Below are positions 9,236-17,606 of a DNA stretch of 32,134 nucleotides, piece by piece. Origin of the DNA: Mycobacteriales bacterium (lineage in GTDB: Bacteria; Actinomycetota; Actinomycetes; Mycobacteriales; SCTD01); assembly GCA_038255675.1 (NCBI GenBank), contig JBBSLB010000003.1:1-32134 (forward strand). The letters run 5' to 3'. Made by a program: the position numbers and the translations under genes. Positions within the stretch are counted from its first letter, which is position 1; every line of letters starts with the position of its first letter. The notes under the pieces are model-generated. The model was not told the DNA's origin. It saw nothing but the letters and a program-made list of their open reading frames with translations, and did not search any database.

Positions 9236-11566
9236 TCAGCCGACGGGCTCGGAAGGTGCCGGGCGGACGCCGAGGATGCCGAGCGGGGCGAACATCCGCT
9301 CGTCGTCGCGCAGCCGGCAGTGGCCCACGAGCAGGTGACCGGTGTCCTCAAGGTCCCCGACCACGCGCGTCGTCGGTGATCCACCACCGTCGATGTAGTC
9401 GATCTCGACCGGCCCGCCGCGAGCCACGGCGGAGACCAGCAGCAGCGCCTCGTCGCCGGGCAGGTGCCGCAGGCGCGGCCACAGCGCCTCCAGGACCTGC
9501 TTCTCGAGCCTGGCCCCCGCGAGCACCTCGGGCTGCAGCTGCGGCGCCCGGGCGGGCGCGCGTCGGAGCTGCGCCACGACCTCCTCCGGGCTCGGGCCCC
9601 AGGCCCGGGCCGGGCCGGCCGCCGGGCGCCTCGGTGAGCGCGCGGCCTTGCTCGAGGGCTTCGTCGCGCCCTCCCCCACCGGCGCATGCCCGGCCGCACG
9701 CAGCGTCGCCGCGACCTCAGCCGGCGGCTTGCCACTGGCCACGACGCCGGGCACGACCTCGACCAGCCCGAGCCCGCGCAGCCGCTTGTCGTGCAGCAGC
9801 TCGACCCCCAGCACGGGATCGGCCAGCCGCAGCACCGTACGGGCACCGACCAGCTCGATCCGGCCGTGCGCCGCGGCGGCGTCGCGCACCCTTCGCTCGA
9901 CCACGCCTGGCACGCCGTGCTGGGCGCGCGCGGTCAGCTCGGCCAGCAGCTGCTCTCCCGTCCGACCGGCGTCCAGCGCCTCGCGGACCCCCTTGGCCGA
10001 CAGCCGCCAGGTGTGCTCGGACTCCCGGTCGCCCAGCAGGTCGAGCAGCTCACGCAGGCCGGCATCCGGGCGGCCGGCGACAAAGGCCGTGCCGTCGGCC
10101 TGCAGGACCACGTCGTCCTGGGACGGCGGGAGCTGCGCCGCCAGCAGCCCCGCCGCGACCGCAGCGCTCAGGTCGGCGGCGTCCTCCTCGTCGTCGCCGC
10201 CGTACCCGGGAGCGGGACCGGGCTGCTCGGCGGTCAGCAACGCGTCGAGCCACGGCGCCGGGGTACCGGCCAGCCGCAGGGCGAGCAGCTCCAGCACCGC
10301 CAGCGGCTGCGCGAAGCGTTGGAGCCGGTAGGACAGGGCTCCCGGCTGCCAGGCAGACCAGTCGAGCCAGGCCGTCAGGCCGAGGTCGGTCTCGGCTCCG
10401 CGCACCGCCACGACCTCGGCGACGGCGCGGGTCGTCGGCAGGTCGCGCCCGGTCCGGGGCACGCCCAGCAGCACTCCGGACGGCGCGTCACGGGGCGCCT
10501 CCAGCACGGCCCCCGGATGCAGCTGCGGTCGGACGAGGTGGACGTAGGCCAGCTCCTCGGGCAGGGACCGCCAGCGTCGGCCGCGAGCCGTCACAGCACC
10601 CGCCGACTGGCCCGTGGACACCAGACGGGCGCTCGCCAGCAGCTGGAGCAGCAGCACCACCTCATCGAGCTCGGAGCCGACCGCCTTGGCCAGCCGGCGC
10701 AGCACCTGGACGCCGAGCCCCCCGGAGACCAGGGCCTTGGGTGGGTCGGCGGCGAGCACGTCGAGCAGCCGCCCGGCCGCCGACAGCAGCCGCAGGGCCG
10801 CCGAGACGGGGGCAGGGCCAGGGGCGACGGCCTGCTGCTGCGGCTCGTGCGCCACGTCGAGCGCGACGCGACCGGCCCGCAGCTGCTCCTCGACCTCCGC
10901 GGGGAGGTAGGTGCGACCCTGCACCCGCACCAGCAGCGCCCGGTCGAGCAGGTCCTGGACGACGGCCTCATCGGCGGGCAGGTCACCGCTGCGCGCCAGG
11001 GCCGTCAGCAGCTCACGGCCGCCCTGCGCGCCGTCGAGCGTCGCCAGCACCCGCTGCGGCAGCACCTGCTCCAGCACCGCCAGCGCATCGTTGCGGGACC
11101 GGGCCGACCCGAGCCCGAGCCGGCCCATCAGCGCCCGCAGCTCGACCATCCCCAGGTGCATGAGCAGCTCGTCGTAGGGCGCGCCCCGCTCCAGCACCTG
11201 GCGGGCGAGGTGGGCCACGCCGGCGGCGGTGCGCCAGCTCCCAGCGCTCGCGGGCCAGGCCAGCGCCAGCCGCTCGGCGCGCTGCAGGGCCGCCAGGACG
11301 TGTGGCTCCTCGACGCCCAGCGCCGCGGCCACCGCGCGCGGCTCGGCCCGACCGCCGCCCCCGGCCAGCACGGCGACCACCTGCGCGGCCGACCGGTCCA
11401 GCCCACGGAGGGCCTCCGAACACGACTGGGGTGCGGACAGCAGCGAGGCCAGCTGGTCGAAGGACGCCGGCGCCCGAACCGCCCGGCCCAGCCGCCGCGA
11501 GACCAGGGCGATGAGCTCCTGGTCGTCCTGGTCCACCAACCAGGCGGACATCCCGTCTTCAGCCAT
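9236..11566 (-). CDS. Helicase-associated (Helicase_C_3, XPB N-terminal-like) domain protein with C-terminal WYL domain
   Basis: 776 aa. DVVLQADGTAFVAG...WRLSAKGVREALDAGRTGEQLLAELTARAQHGVP (Helicase_C_3-like); C-terminal VEIDYIDGGGSPTTRVV...LVGHCRLRDDERMF (WYL). No Walker A or DExH motif seen. ATG 11551 is an alternative start. Confidence 0.82.
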   Translation of the reverse strand: MAEDGMSAWLVDQDDQELIALVSRRLGRAVRAPASFDQLASLLSAPQSCSEALRGLDRSAAQVVAVLAGGGGRAEPRAVAAALGVEEPHVLAALQRAERLALAWPASAGSWRTAAGVAHLARQVLERGAPYDELLMHLGMVELRALMGRLGLGSARSRNDALAVLEQVLPQRVLATLDGAQGGRELLTALARSGDLPADEAVVQDLLDRALLVRVQGRTYLPAEVEEQLRAGRVALDVAHEPQQQAVAPGPAPVSAALRLLSAAGRLLDVLAADPPKALVSGGLGVQVLRRLAKAVGSELDEVVLLLQLLASARLVSTGQSAGAVTARGRRWRSLPEELAYVHLVRPQLHPGAVLEAPRDAPSGVLLGVPRTGRDLPTTRAVAEVVAVRGAETDLGLTAWLDWSAWQPGALSYRLQRFAQPLAVLELLALRLAGTPAPWLDALLTAEQPGPAPGYGGDDEEDAADLSAAVAAGLLAAQLPPSQDDVVLQADGTAFVAGRPDAGLRELLDLLGDRESEHTWRLSAKGVREALDAGRTGEQLLAELTARAQHGVPGVVERRVRDAAAAHGRIELVGARTVLRLADPVLGVELLHDKRLRGLGLVEVVPGVVASGKPPAEVAATLRAAGHAPVGEGATKPSSKAARSPRRPAAGPARAWGPSPEEVVAQLRRAPARAPQLQPEVLAGARLEKQVLEALWPRLRHLPGDEALLLVSAVARGGPVEIDYIDGGGSPTTRVVGDLEDTGHLLVGHCRLRDDERMFAPLGILGVRPAPSEPVG

Positions 11567-11620
11567 CTGGCCATGATGCCTGGGCACAGCGACAGGACGG
11601 GCCTGGTCCACAGCCAGGTC

Positions 11621-11986
11621 TCAGCGCAGCCGCGCAGCCGCCGTCGTGTCCAGCAGCAGCAGGAACCCCCCCTGCACGAGCACCGCCTGACCGTCCCCGC
11701 GCCAGCGGCCGTCGCGCACCAGCCACGCCCCGGTGGCCAGGTAGCCCACGTCGAGGGCGGCGTTGACGAGCAGCACCCGGCGCAGCCGGGTCGGATCGGT
11801 CGGGCCACGACGGGCGCGTCGACGGGACCCCGCGAGCGCGATCGCGCCGTCCACCGCGCCCCACGCCGCGGTCTGCCGGCCCAGGCCGCGGGTGGCGGGT
11901 CGCGCCGCAAGGGCCGCACCGACGGCGACCGAGGCCGCGGCCCACCCGCCGAGCACCCGGGTGAGCTGGGCCTCGACGTCGCTCAC
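11621..11986 (-). CDS. Small membrane protein (DUF6992-like)
   Basis: GTGA overlap with the dipeptidase stop; hydrophobic, with Q..AWGAVDGAIA, LLVNAALDVGY, G.AV.VQGGFLL.LD motifs. Confidence 0.7.
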   Translation of the reverse strand: MSDVEAQLTRVLGGWAAASVAVGAALAARPATRGLGRQTAAWGAVDGAIALAGSRRRARRGPTDPTRLRRVLLVNAALDVGYLATGAWLVRDGRWRGDGQAVLVQGGFLLLLDTTAAARLR

Positions 11987-13320
11987 GGCGCCAGGCGCGC
12001 CAGGAGCAGGGCCTCGGCGACGCAGGCCCGCTCCCACATGCCGAGGTGCAGCGACTCGTCGATGCCGTGCCAGCGCGAGGCCGGGTCACCGACACCGGTG
12101 ACCAGCACCGTCGCGCGGGGGTAGGTCCGGGCGAACTCCGCGATGAAGGGGATCGACCCGCCGATGCCGGCCTCCACGGGGGCGTTGCCGTACGCCGTCT
12201 CGAACGCCTCGCGGGCCAGGTCGTAGACGTCGCCGACCGCCTCGAGGGCGAAGGCGCCGCCGATCGAGCCGGCGGTGACCTCGACCTGGCTGCCCCACAC
12301 GGCGTGCTCGACGAGGTGGTCGGTGAGCCGCTTGAGGGCGTCGTGCTCGTCCTGGCCGGGCGCCAGCCGCAGGCTCACCATCGCGCGGGCACGCGGCAGC
12401 AGCACGTTGCTGGCGTCCTCGGTGGACGGCGCGTCCATGCCGAGGACCGCGAGGGCAGGCTTGTGCCACAGCCGTTCAGGGATGCTGCCGCTGCCGATGA
12501 GCGCGACGCCGTCGAGCAGCCCGGCGTCGGAGCGGAAGACCTCGGGCTCCGGATCCGGCGCCGCCGACGTCGAGGAGTGCAGCCCGGCGACGGCCACCTC
12601 GCCGGCGTCGTCGTGCAGCGTCGTGAGGAGCCGGCACAGCGCAGTGAGCGCGTCCGGTACGGCGCCGCCGTACATCCCGGAGTGGACCGGGCGCTCGAGC
12701 ACCCGCACCTCGACCGTCAGGTCGACCAGGCCGCGCAGGCTGGTGGTGAAGGCAGGCACGTCGACCGAGGCGTTGGCGGAGTCGGCGATGACGATGACGT
12801 CGGAGCGCAGCAGGTCGCGGTGCTCGGCGAGCAGCGCCGGCAGGGTCGGCGAGCCGATCTCCTCCTCACCCTCGAGGAACAGCACGACACCGACCGGCGG
12901 TCGCCCGCCGAAGGCGCGCAGCACGGCCAGGTGCATGACGACGCCGGCCTTGTCGTCGGCGGCGCCGCGGCCGTAGAGCCGTCCGTCCCGCTCGGTCGGC
13001 TCGAACGGCGGGCTGGTCCACTCCTCGGCCGGCCCGGTCGGCTGCACGTCCAGGTGGGCGTAGAGCAGCACGGTCGGCGCGCCCTCCGGTGCCGGCCAGG
13101 TCGCGATCAGCGCCGGCTGCCCGCCGTCAGCCGAGACGACCTGCACGTCGGCGGCTCCCGCGTCGCGCGCATGGCCGGCGACCACGTCGACCGCACGGCG
13201 GACGTCGTCGGCGCGCGCCGCGTTGGACGAGACGGTCGGGAGGCGCACCAGCGCCTCGAGGTCGGCCCGCGCGAGCGGCATCTGCTGGGCGACGGCGTCC
13301 TGCACTGCTGAGGCGTCCAT
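11983..13320 (-). CDS. M20/M25/M40 family metallo-dipeptidase
   Basis: VLLYAHLDVQP, GRLYGRGAADDKAG, EGEEEIGS, HSGMYGG, GGSIPF, HGIDES. Confidence 0.93.
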   Translation of the reverse strand: MDASAVQDAVAQQMPLARADLEALVRLPTVSSNAARADDVRRAVDVVAGHARDAGAADVQVVSADGGQPALIATWPAPEGAPTVLLYAHLDVQPTGPAEEWTSPPFEPTERDGRLYGRGAADDKAGVVMHLAVLRAFGGRPPVGVVLFLEGEEEIGSPTLPALLAEHRDLLRSDVIVIADSANASVDVPAFTTSLRGLVDLTVEVRVLERPVHSGMYGGAVPDALTALCRLLTTLHDDAGEVAVAGLHSSTSAAPDPEPEVFRSDAGLLDGVALIGSGSIPERLWHKPALAVLGMDAPSTEDASNVLLPRARAMVSLRLAPGQDEHDALKRLTDHLVEHAVWGSQVEVTAGSIGGAFALEAVGDVYDLAREAFETAYGNAPVEAGIGGSIPFIAEFARTYPRATVLVTGVGDPASRWHGIDESLHLGMWERACVAEALLLARLAP

Positions 13321-13330
13321 GCCGGCGACC

Positions 13331-13789
13331 CTAGGACCCGAGCTCGAAGCGGTCACCCGGCTGCACGTCCGGGAGCGTCTCGGGCGCCGTCTCCACGACC
13401 GTGTCGAAGGGCCCATCGGCGCCGTACGTCGGGCAGGCGCGCGGCTCGCTCTCCTCGCACGGCGGCATCACCACCGAGGACACCACCGCGCCGTCGCGGA
13501 GGAAGACCGCCTTGAGCGGGATCGGCACGTCGTACATGTAGAAGCGGGTGGAGACCGCCTCGTCGAACAGGAAGACCATGCCCGTGCCGGCCGGGACGGA
13601 GGTGCGGCGCATCAGGCCGACAGCGCGCTCGGCCGGCTCGTCGGCGACCTCGAGCTCGAGCTGCACGTCGCCCAGGACGGCGTCGACCCGCTCGTCGACG
13701 GACTGCGGCTCGGCGGCGTCGATCGACGGCTCGTCCGACCCGCAGCCGGCCAGCAGAACGAGCGCCAGCAGAGCGACCGCCCGCCTCAC
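13331..13789 (-). CDS. DUF192 domain lipoprotein
   Basis: Lipobox LLAGC; LEVAD...RAVGLM.R......GMVFLF...FYM..VPIPL..VF; MPPC....CPTY. Confidence 0.87.
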   Translation of the reverse strand: MRRAVALLALVLLAGCGSDEPSIDAAEPQSVDERVDAVLGDVQLELEVADEPAERAVGLMRRTSVPAGTGMVFLFDEAVSTRFYMYDVPIPLKAVFLRDGAVVSSVVMPPCEESEPRACPTYGADGPFDTVVETAPETLPDVQPGDRFELGS

Positions 13790-14601
13790 GCGGGCCTCAA
13801 CACCAGCACGGGGACCTCCGGGAGGACGTTGCGCACGGGCGCGATCGACGCACCGACGCCAGGGGTCACGTAGAGCCGCTCCTTGGCGAACCAGCCTGCG
13901 CTGAAGCGGTTCCCGGTGCGCTCGCTGACCGTGTGCACCCCTCGGCCGAGCACGCGCACCTGCCCACCGTGGGTGTGGCCGGCGAGGACGAGCTGCACGT
14001 GCGGCGGTACGTCGAGCACGACGTCGGGGTTGTGGGTCAGCAGCACCACGGGCGCGCCGTCCGGTACACCGGCCAGCGCGCGCTCGACCGACGGGGTGCG
14101 CTCCCAAAGATCGCCGACGCCGGCCAGCCACAGCCGGCCGTCCAGCACGGGGACCGCCGACTCCTCCAGCACCGGCAGGCCGACTGCCTCCAGCGCCCGC
14201 CGGACGCGGTGGCCGCCGGCGTACCAGTCGTGGTTGCCGAGGACGCCGACGACAGGGGCGGCCTCGCGCAGGCCGGCCAGCACGTCGGCGACCTGCTCGG
14301 GCTGCAGGTGGGTGCCGAGCCAGACATCGGCCAGGTGGTCGCCGAGCAGGACGACCAGGTCGGGCCGGGCGTCGACGACCTGCTGCACGACCTGGGCCAG
14401 CCGCCTGAGCCCGACGGCCGGGGCGCCGGCGTGCAGGTCGCCCACGACGGCGACGCGCAGCCCGTCCAGGTCGGCCGGCCAGCCAGGGACGGCGAGCGGC
14501 ACGTCGCGCACCAGCAGCCGGCGCGGCTGCACCACGGTGGCGTGAGCAGCCACAGCGGCCAGGGCGAGCCCGGTCAGCTGGGCGTAGCGGAGCGCGCGCA
14601 C
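13786..14601 (-). CDS. Metallophosphoesterase (YkuE/calcineurin-like)
   Basis: Metal-ligand motifs GDLH, LGD, LGNHD, THNP, LAGHTHGGQ. Confidence 0.93.
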   Translation of the reverse strand: MRALRYAQLTGLALAAVAAHATVVQPRRLLVRDVPLAVPGWPADLDGLRVAVVGDLHAGAPAVGLRRLAQVVQQVVDARPDLVVLLGDHLADVWLGTHLQPEQVADVLAGLREAAPVVGVLGNHDWYAGGHRVRRALEAVGLPVLEESAVPVLDGRLWLAGVGDLWERTPSVERALAGVPDGAPVVLLTHNPDVVLDVPPHVQLVLAGHTHGGQVRVLGRGVHTVSERTGNRFSAGWFAKERLYVTPGVGASIAPVRNVLPEVPVLVLRPA

Positions 14602-14648
14602 GGCACAAGGCTAGGACGGCAGCCGCACGTCCGCCGCCCGTCCGCCGC

Positions 14649-14702
14649 GCGATCATCGCAAGATCCCCAGTAGCGGGCTCCTGTGGATCTTCCGAAGACC
14701 GC
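14649..14702. repeat. Imperfect inverted repeat (REP-like or terminator) downstream of thrC
   Basis: GCGATCATCGCAAGATCC...GGATCTTCCGAAGACCGC, 15/18 complementary arms around an 18-nt spacer. Confidence 0.5.
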
Positions 14703-14734
14703 CGGACCTCCCGCTGGCGCAGTGCTTCGACGTG

Positions 14735-15994
14735 CTACGCCAGACCCGTCTTCTCGAAGGCGCCGTAGGACGGGGTGATGGTCGCGGTCGGGCCGACCTC
14801 GCCGGCCACCGCGTCAAGGGTCTTGAGCCCGTCGCCGGTGTTGTAGAGGACGGTCTCGGCCTCGGGGTCGATCTGCCCGCGCTCCAGCAGCTGCTGGAGC
14901 GTCGCGACGGTGACACCACCCGCGGTCTCGGCGAACAGGCCCTCGGTCGAGGCGAGCAGCCGGATCCCGGCGACGATCTGCTCGTCGGAGACGTGGCCCA
15001 TCGCCCCGCCGGTCCGGCGCACGGCGTCCAGGGCGTACGGCCCGTCGGCCGGGTTCCCGATCGCCAACGACCGGGCGATGGTCGACGGCTTCACGGGCTT
15101 GACGGCATCCCAGCCGTTCTCGTACGCGGTGGCGATCGGCGAGCAGCCGGTGGCCTGCGCGCCGTAGACCTTCCAGTCGGACGCTTCCACGAGGCCGAGC
15201 TTGACCAGCTCACCGAAGGCCTTGTCGACCTTGGTCAGCAGTGAGCCGGACGCCATCGGGATCACGACCTGCGGCGGGATGCGCCAGCCGAGCTGCTCGG
15301 CGACCTCGTAGCCGAGCGTCTTGCTGCCCTCGGCGTAGTAAGGCCGGACGTTGACGTTGACGAACGCCCAGTCCTCGTTCTCGGCGATCTCGCTGCAGAG
15401 CCGGTTGACGTCGTCGTAGGTGCCCTCGACCGCGACCAGCGTCTGGCCGTAGACGGCGGTCTGCACGACTTTGCCCTGCTCGAGGTCGTTCGGGATGAAG
15501 ACCACCGCGCGCAGGCCGGCCTGCGTCGCGTGGGCGGCAACGGAGTTGGCCAGGTTGCCGGTGGAGGCGCAGGACACGGTCGTGTAGCCGAAGGCGCGGG
15601 CGGCGGACAGCGCGACCGAGACGACGCGGTCCTTGAAGGAGTGCGTCGGGTTGGCGCTGTCGTCCTTGACCCACAGCTTCTTCATGCCGAGCGCGGCGGC
15701 CAGGTTCTTCGCTTCGCGCAGCGGCGTCATGCCGGCACCGAGGCTGACCCGGGTGGCCTCGTCCTGACCGGCCGGCAGCAGCCCGGCGTAGCGCCAGATG
15801 TTCGGCGGCCCGGCCTCGATCGAGGCGCGCGTGACCAGGCGCAGCTTGTCCTGGTCGTAGCCGATCTCGAGCGGCGCGAAGCACATCTCGCAGACGTGGA
15901 CCGGGGCCAGGGGCACCTCGTGGCCGCACTCGCGGCAGACCAGGGCGCGGGCAGGGCTGCCGGCGAAAGCGGCGGGGACGTCGATCGTCGTCAC
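14735..15994 (-). CDS. thrC: Threonine synthase-like PLP enzyme (fold II) with N-terminal Zn ribbon; may function in homocysteine/methionine synthesis
   Basis: CRECG...CEMC, NPTHSFKDR (PLP lysine), CASTGN, MASGSL, TGDGLK; preceded by a SAM-I riboswitch. Confidence 0.88.
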   Translation of the reverse strand: MTTIDVPAAFAGSPARALVCRECGHEVPLAPVHVCEMCFAPLEIGYDQDKLRLVTRASIEAGPPNIWRYAGLLPAGQDEATRVSLGAGMTPLREAKNLAAALGMKKLWVKDDSANPTHSFKDRVVSVALSAARAFGYTTVSCASTGNLANSVAAHATQAGLRAVVFIPNDLEQGKVVQTAVYGQTLVAVEGTYDDVNRLCSEIAENEDWAFVNVNVRPYYAEGSKTLGYEVAEQLGWRIPPQVVIPMASGSLLTKVDKAFGELVKLGLVEASDWKVYGAQATGCSPIATAYENGWDAVKPVKPSTIARSLAIGNPADGPYALDAVRRTGGAMGHVSDEQIVAGIRLLASTEGLFAETAGGVTVATLQQLLERGQIDPEAETVLYNTGDGLKTLDAVAGEVGPTATITPSYGAFEKTGLA

Positions 15995-16005
15995 GCGTGA
16001 ATCTC

Positions 16006-16129
16006 CTCATCTTTCCCGCGACGAACGTCGGCGCGGGACGGAAGTGGCACCTGGCTGCCCACCGCATGCGGTGGGCCGCTGGTTGCCGGGGCGTCATCGG
16101 GCCGTGTCCCTGGTGCCCCTCGGGATGAG
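16006..16129 (-). ncRNA. SAM-I (S-box) riboswitch, translational type
   Basis: Minus strand: P1 CUCAUC/GAUGAG, P2 GGGGC...GGGACACGGCCCGAUGACGCCCC, GCAACC...GGUGC, UUCCGU pseudoknot partner, P4 UCCCGCG/CGCGGGA; the P1 3' strand overlaps SD GAGGAG of thrC. Confidence 0.92.
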
Positions 16130-16153
16130 CGGTGCTGTGCAGTTGTAGGGGCA

Positions 16154-16169
16154 AGTGTAGGGCTAGCCT
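16154..16169. promoter_or_regulatory. Back-to-back -10 hexamers for thrC (minus, TACACT) and otsA (plus, TAGCCT)
   Basis: TANNNT on both strands 4 bp apart; the plus one is 8 nt before the otsA GTG, the minus one 24 nt before riboswitch P1. Confidence 0.55.
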
Positions 16170-16177
16170 CCGCGAGC

Positions 16178-17584
16178 GTGACCGCCTCGTTGCTGCTCGC
16201 CTCCAATCGAGGCCCGCTGTCCTACGCCGAGGACGACCGGGGCGGGCTGGTCGGCCGGCGCGGCGGCGGGGGGCTGGTCTCCGCCGTCGGCGCTGCGTCT
16301 GCGGCCGGCCAGGCGCTGTGGGTCTGCGCGGCGCTGACCGACACCGACCGCCGCGCCGCCCGCGAGGTCGAGGGCGGCCTGGTCGCCCCCGGGGTGCAGC
16401 TGCTGGACATCGACCCGGTGGTGTTCGACCGCGCCTACAACGGCGTCGCCAACTCCACCCTGTGGTTCGTCTCTCACCTGCTCTACGCCACTGCCGAGTC
16501 ACCGGTCTTCGACGCCCGTACCCGGCGGGAGTGGCGCGCCTACAGGGACTACGACGACGCCTTCGCTGCCGCCCTGGCCGCTGCGGCGGCGCCCGGTGCG
16601 ACCGTGCTCGTGCAGGACTACCACCTGGCGCTCACTCCGCGGCAGCTGCGGGAGCGACGGCCGGACCTGCGCATCGGGCACTTCAGCCACACCCCCTGGG
16701 CCCCGCCGGAGTACTTCTGCCTGCTGCCCGACGACGTGGCGCGCGAGGTGCTGCTCGGGATGCTGGGCGCGGACGCGGTCGGCTTCCACTCCGCCCGGTG
16801 GGCCGACGCCTTCGCACGCTGCTGCGTCGAGGTGCTCGGCGCGTCGTACGACGCGGGAGTGCTCGAGCACCAAGGCCGTACGACCCGGGTCGGTGTGCAC
16901 CCGCTCGGGATCGACGCCGGCGAGCTTCGCGAGCGGGCGGCGCAGGACGACGTGCAGTCGCGCCTGCACGGGCTGCGCGAGCTGGTCGGCGACCGGCAGC
17001 TGCTGCTGCGCATCGACCGCACGGAGCTGTCGAAGAACATCGTCCGGGGGCTCGAGTCCTACCGCGAGCTGCTCCGCACCCGGCCGCAGTGGCGCGGACG
17101 GGTGGTGCACCTGGCCTTCGCCTACCCGTCGCGGCACGACCTGCCGGAGTACCGCGAGTACACCGGCGCGGTGCAGCGGGTCGCTCGCGAGGTCAACGAG
17201 GAGTTCGCGACCGAGGGCTGGGTGCCGGTGCACCTCGAGGTCCGTGACGACTACCCACGCTCACTGGCGGCGTACGCCCTGGCCGACGTGCTGCTCGTCA
17301 ACCCGCTGCGCGACGGCATGAACCTCGTTGCCAAGGAGGGGCCGGTGCTGTCCGAGCGCGGGCTGTCCCTGGTGCTGTCGCGGCAGGCCGGCGCCGCCGA
17401 CGAGCTCGGCGCGTGGTCGCAGCTGGTCAACCCCTTCGACGTCGGACAGACCGCCGAGGCGCTGCACGTCGCCCTGTCGGAGAGCGGCGCGGTGCGGTCG
17501 TCGCGGACGGCGTCGCTCGCGGCGGCCGCCACCGCCCTGCCGCCCGCCGCCTGGCTCGAGGCACAGCTCGCCGCTCTGCCGTAG
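16178..17584 (+). CDS. otsA: Trehalose-6-phosphate synthase (GT20)
   Basis: ASNRGP, GGGGLVS, VQDYHL, HFSHTPW, DRTELSKN, RDGMNLVAKE, LVNPFD. Confidence 0.93.
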   Translation: MTASLLLASNRGPLSYAEDDRGGLVGRRGGGGLVSAVGAASAAGQALWVCAALTDTDRRAAREVEGGLVAPGVQLLDIDPVVFDRAYNGVANSTLWFVSHLLYATAESPVFDARTRREWRAYRDYDDAFAAALAAAAAPGATVLVQDYHLALTPRQLRERRPDLRIGHFSHTPWAPPEYFCLLPDDVAREVLLGMLGADAVGFHSARWADAFARCCVEVLGASYDAGVLEHQGRTTRVGVHPLGIDAGELRERAAQDDVQSRLHGLRELVGDRQLLLRIDRTELSKNIVRGLESYRELLRTRPQWRGRVVHLAFAYPSRHDLPEYREYTGAVQRVAREVNEEFATEGWVPVHLEVRDDYPRSLAAYALADVLLVNPLRDGMNLVAKEGPVLSERGLSLVLSRQAGAADELGAWSQLVNPFDVGQTAEALHVALSESGAVRSSRTASLAAAATALPPAAWLEAQLAALP

Positions 17585-17606
17585 GTCGAGCCGTACGCTC
17601 CGCGGC

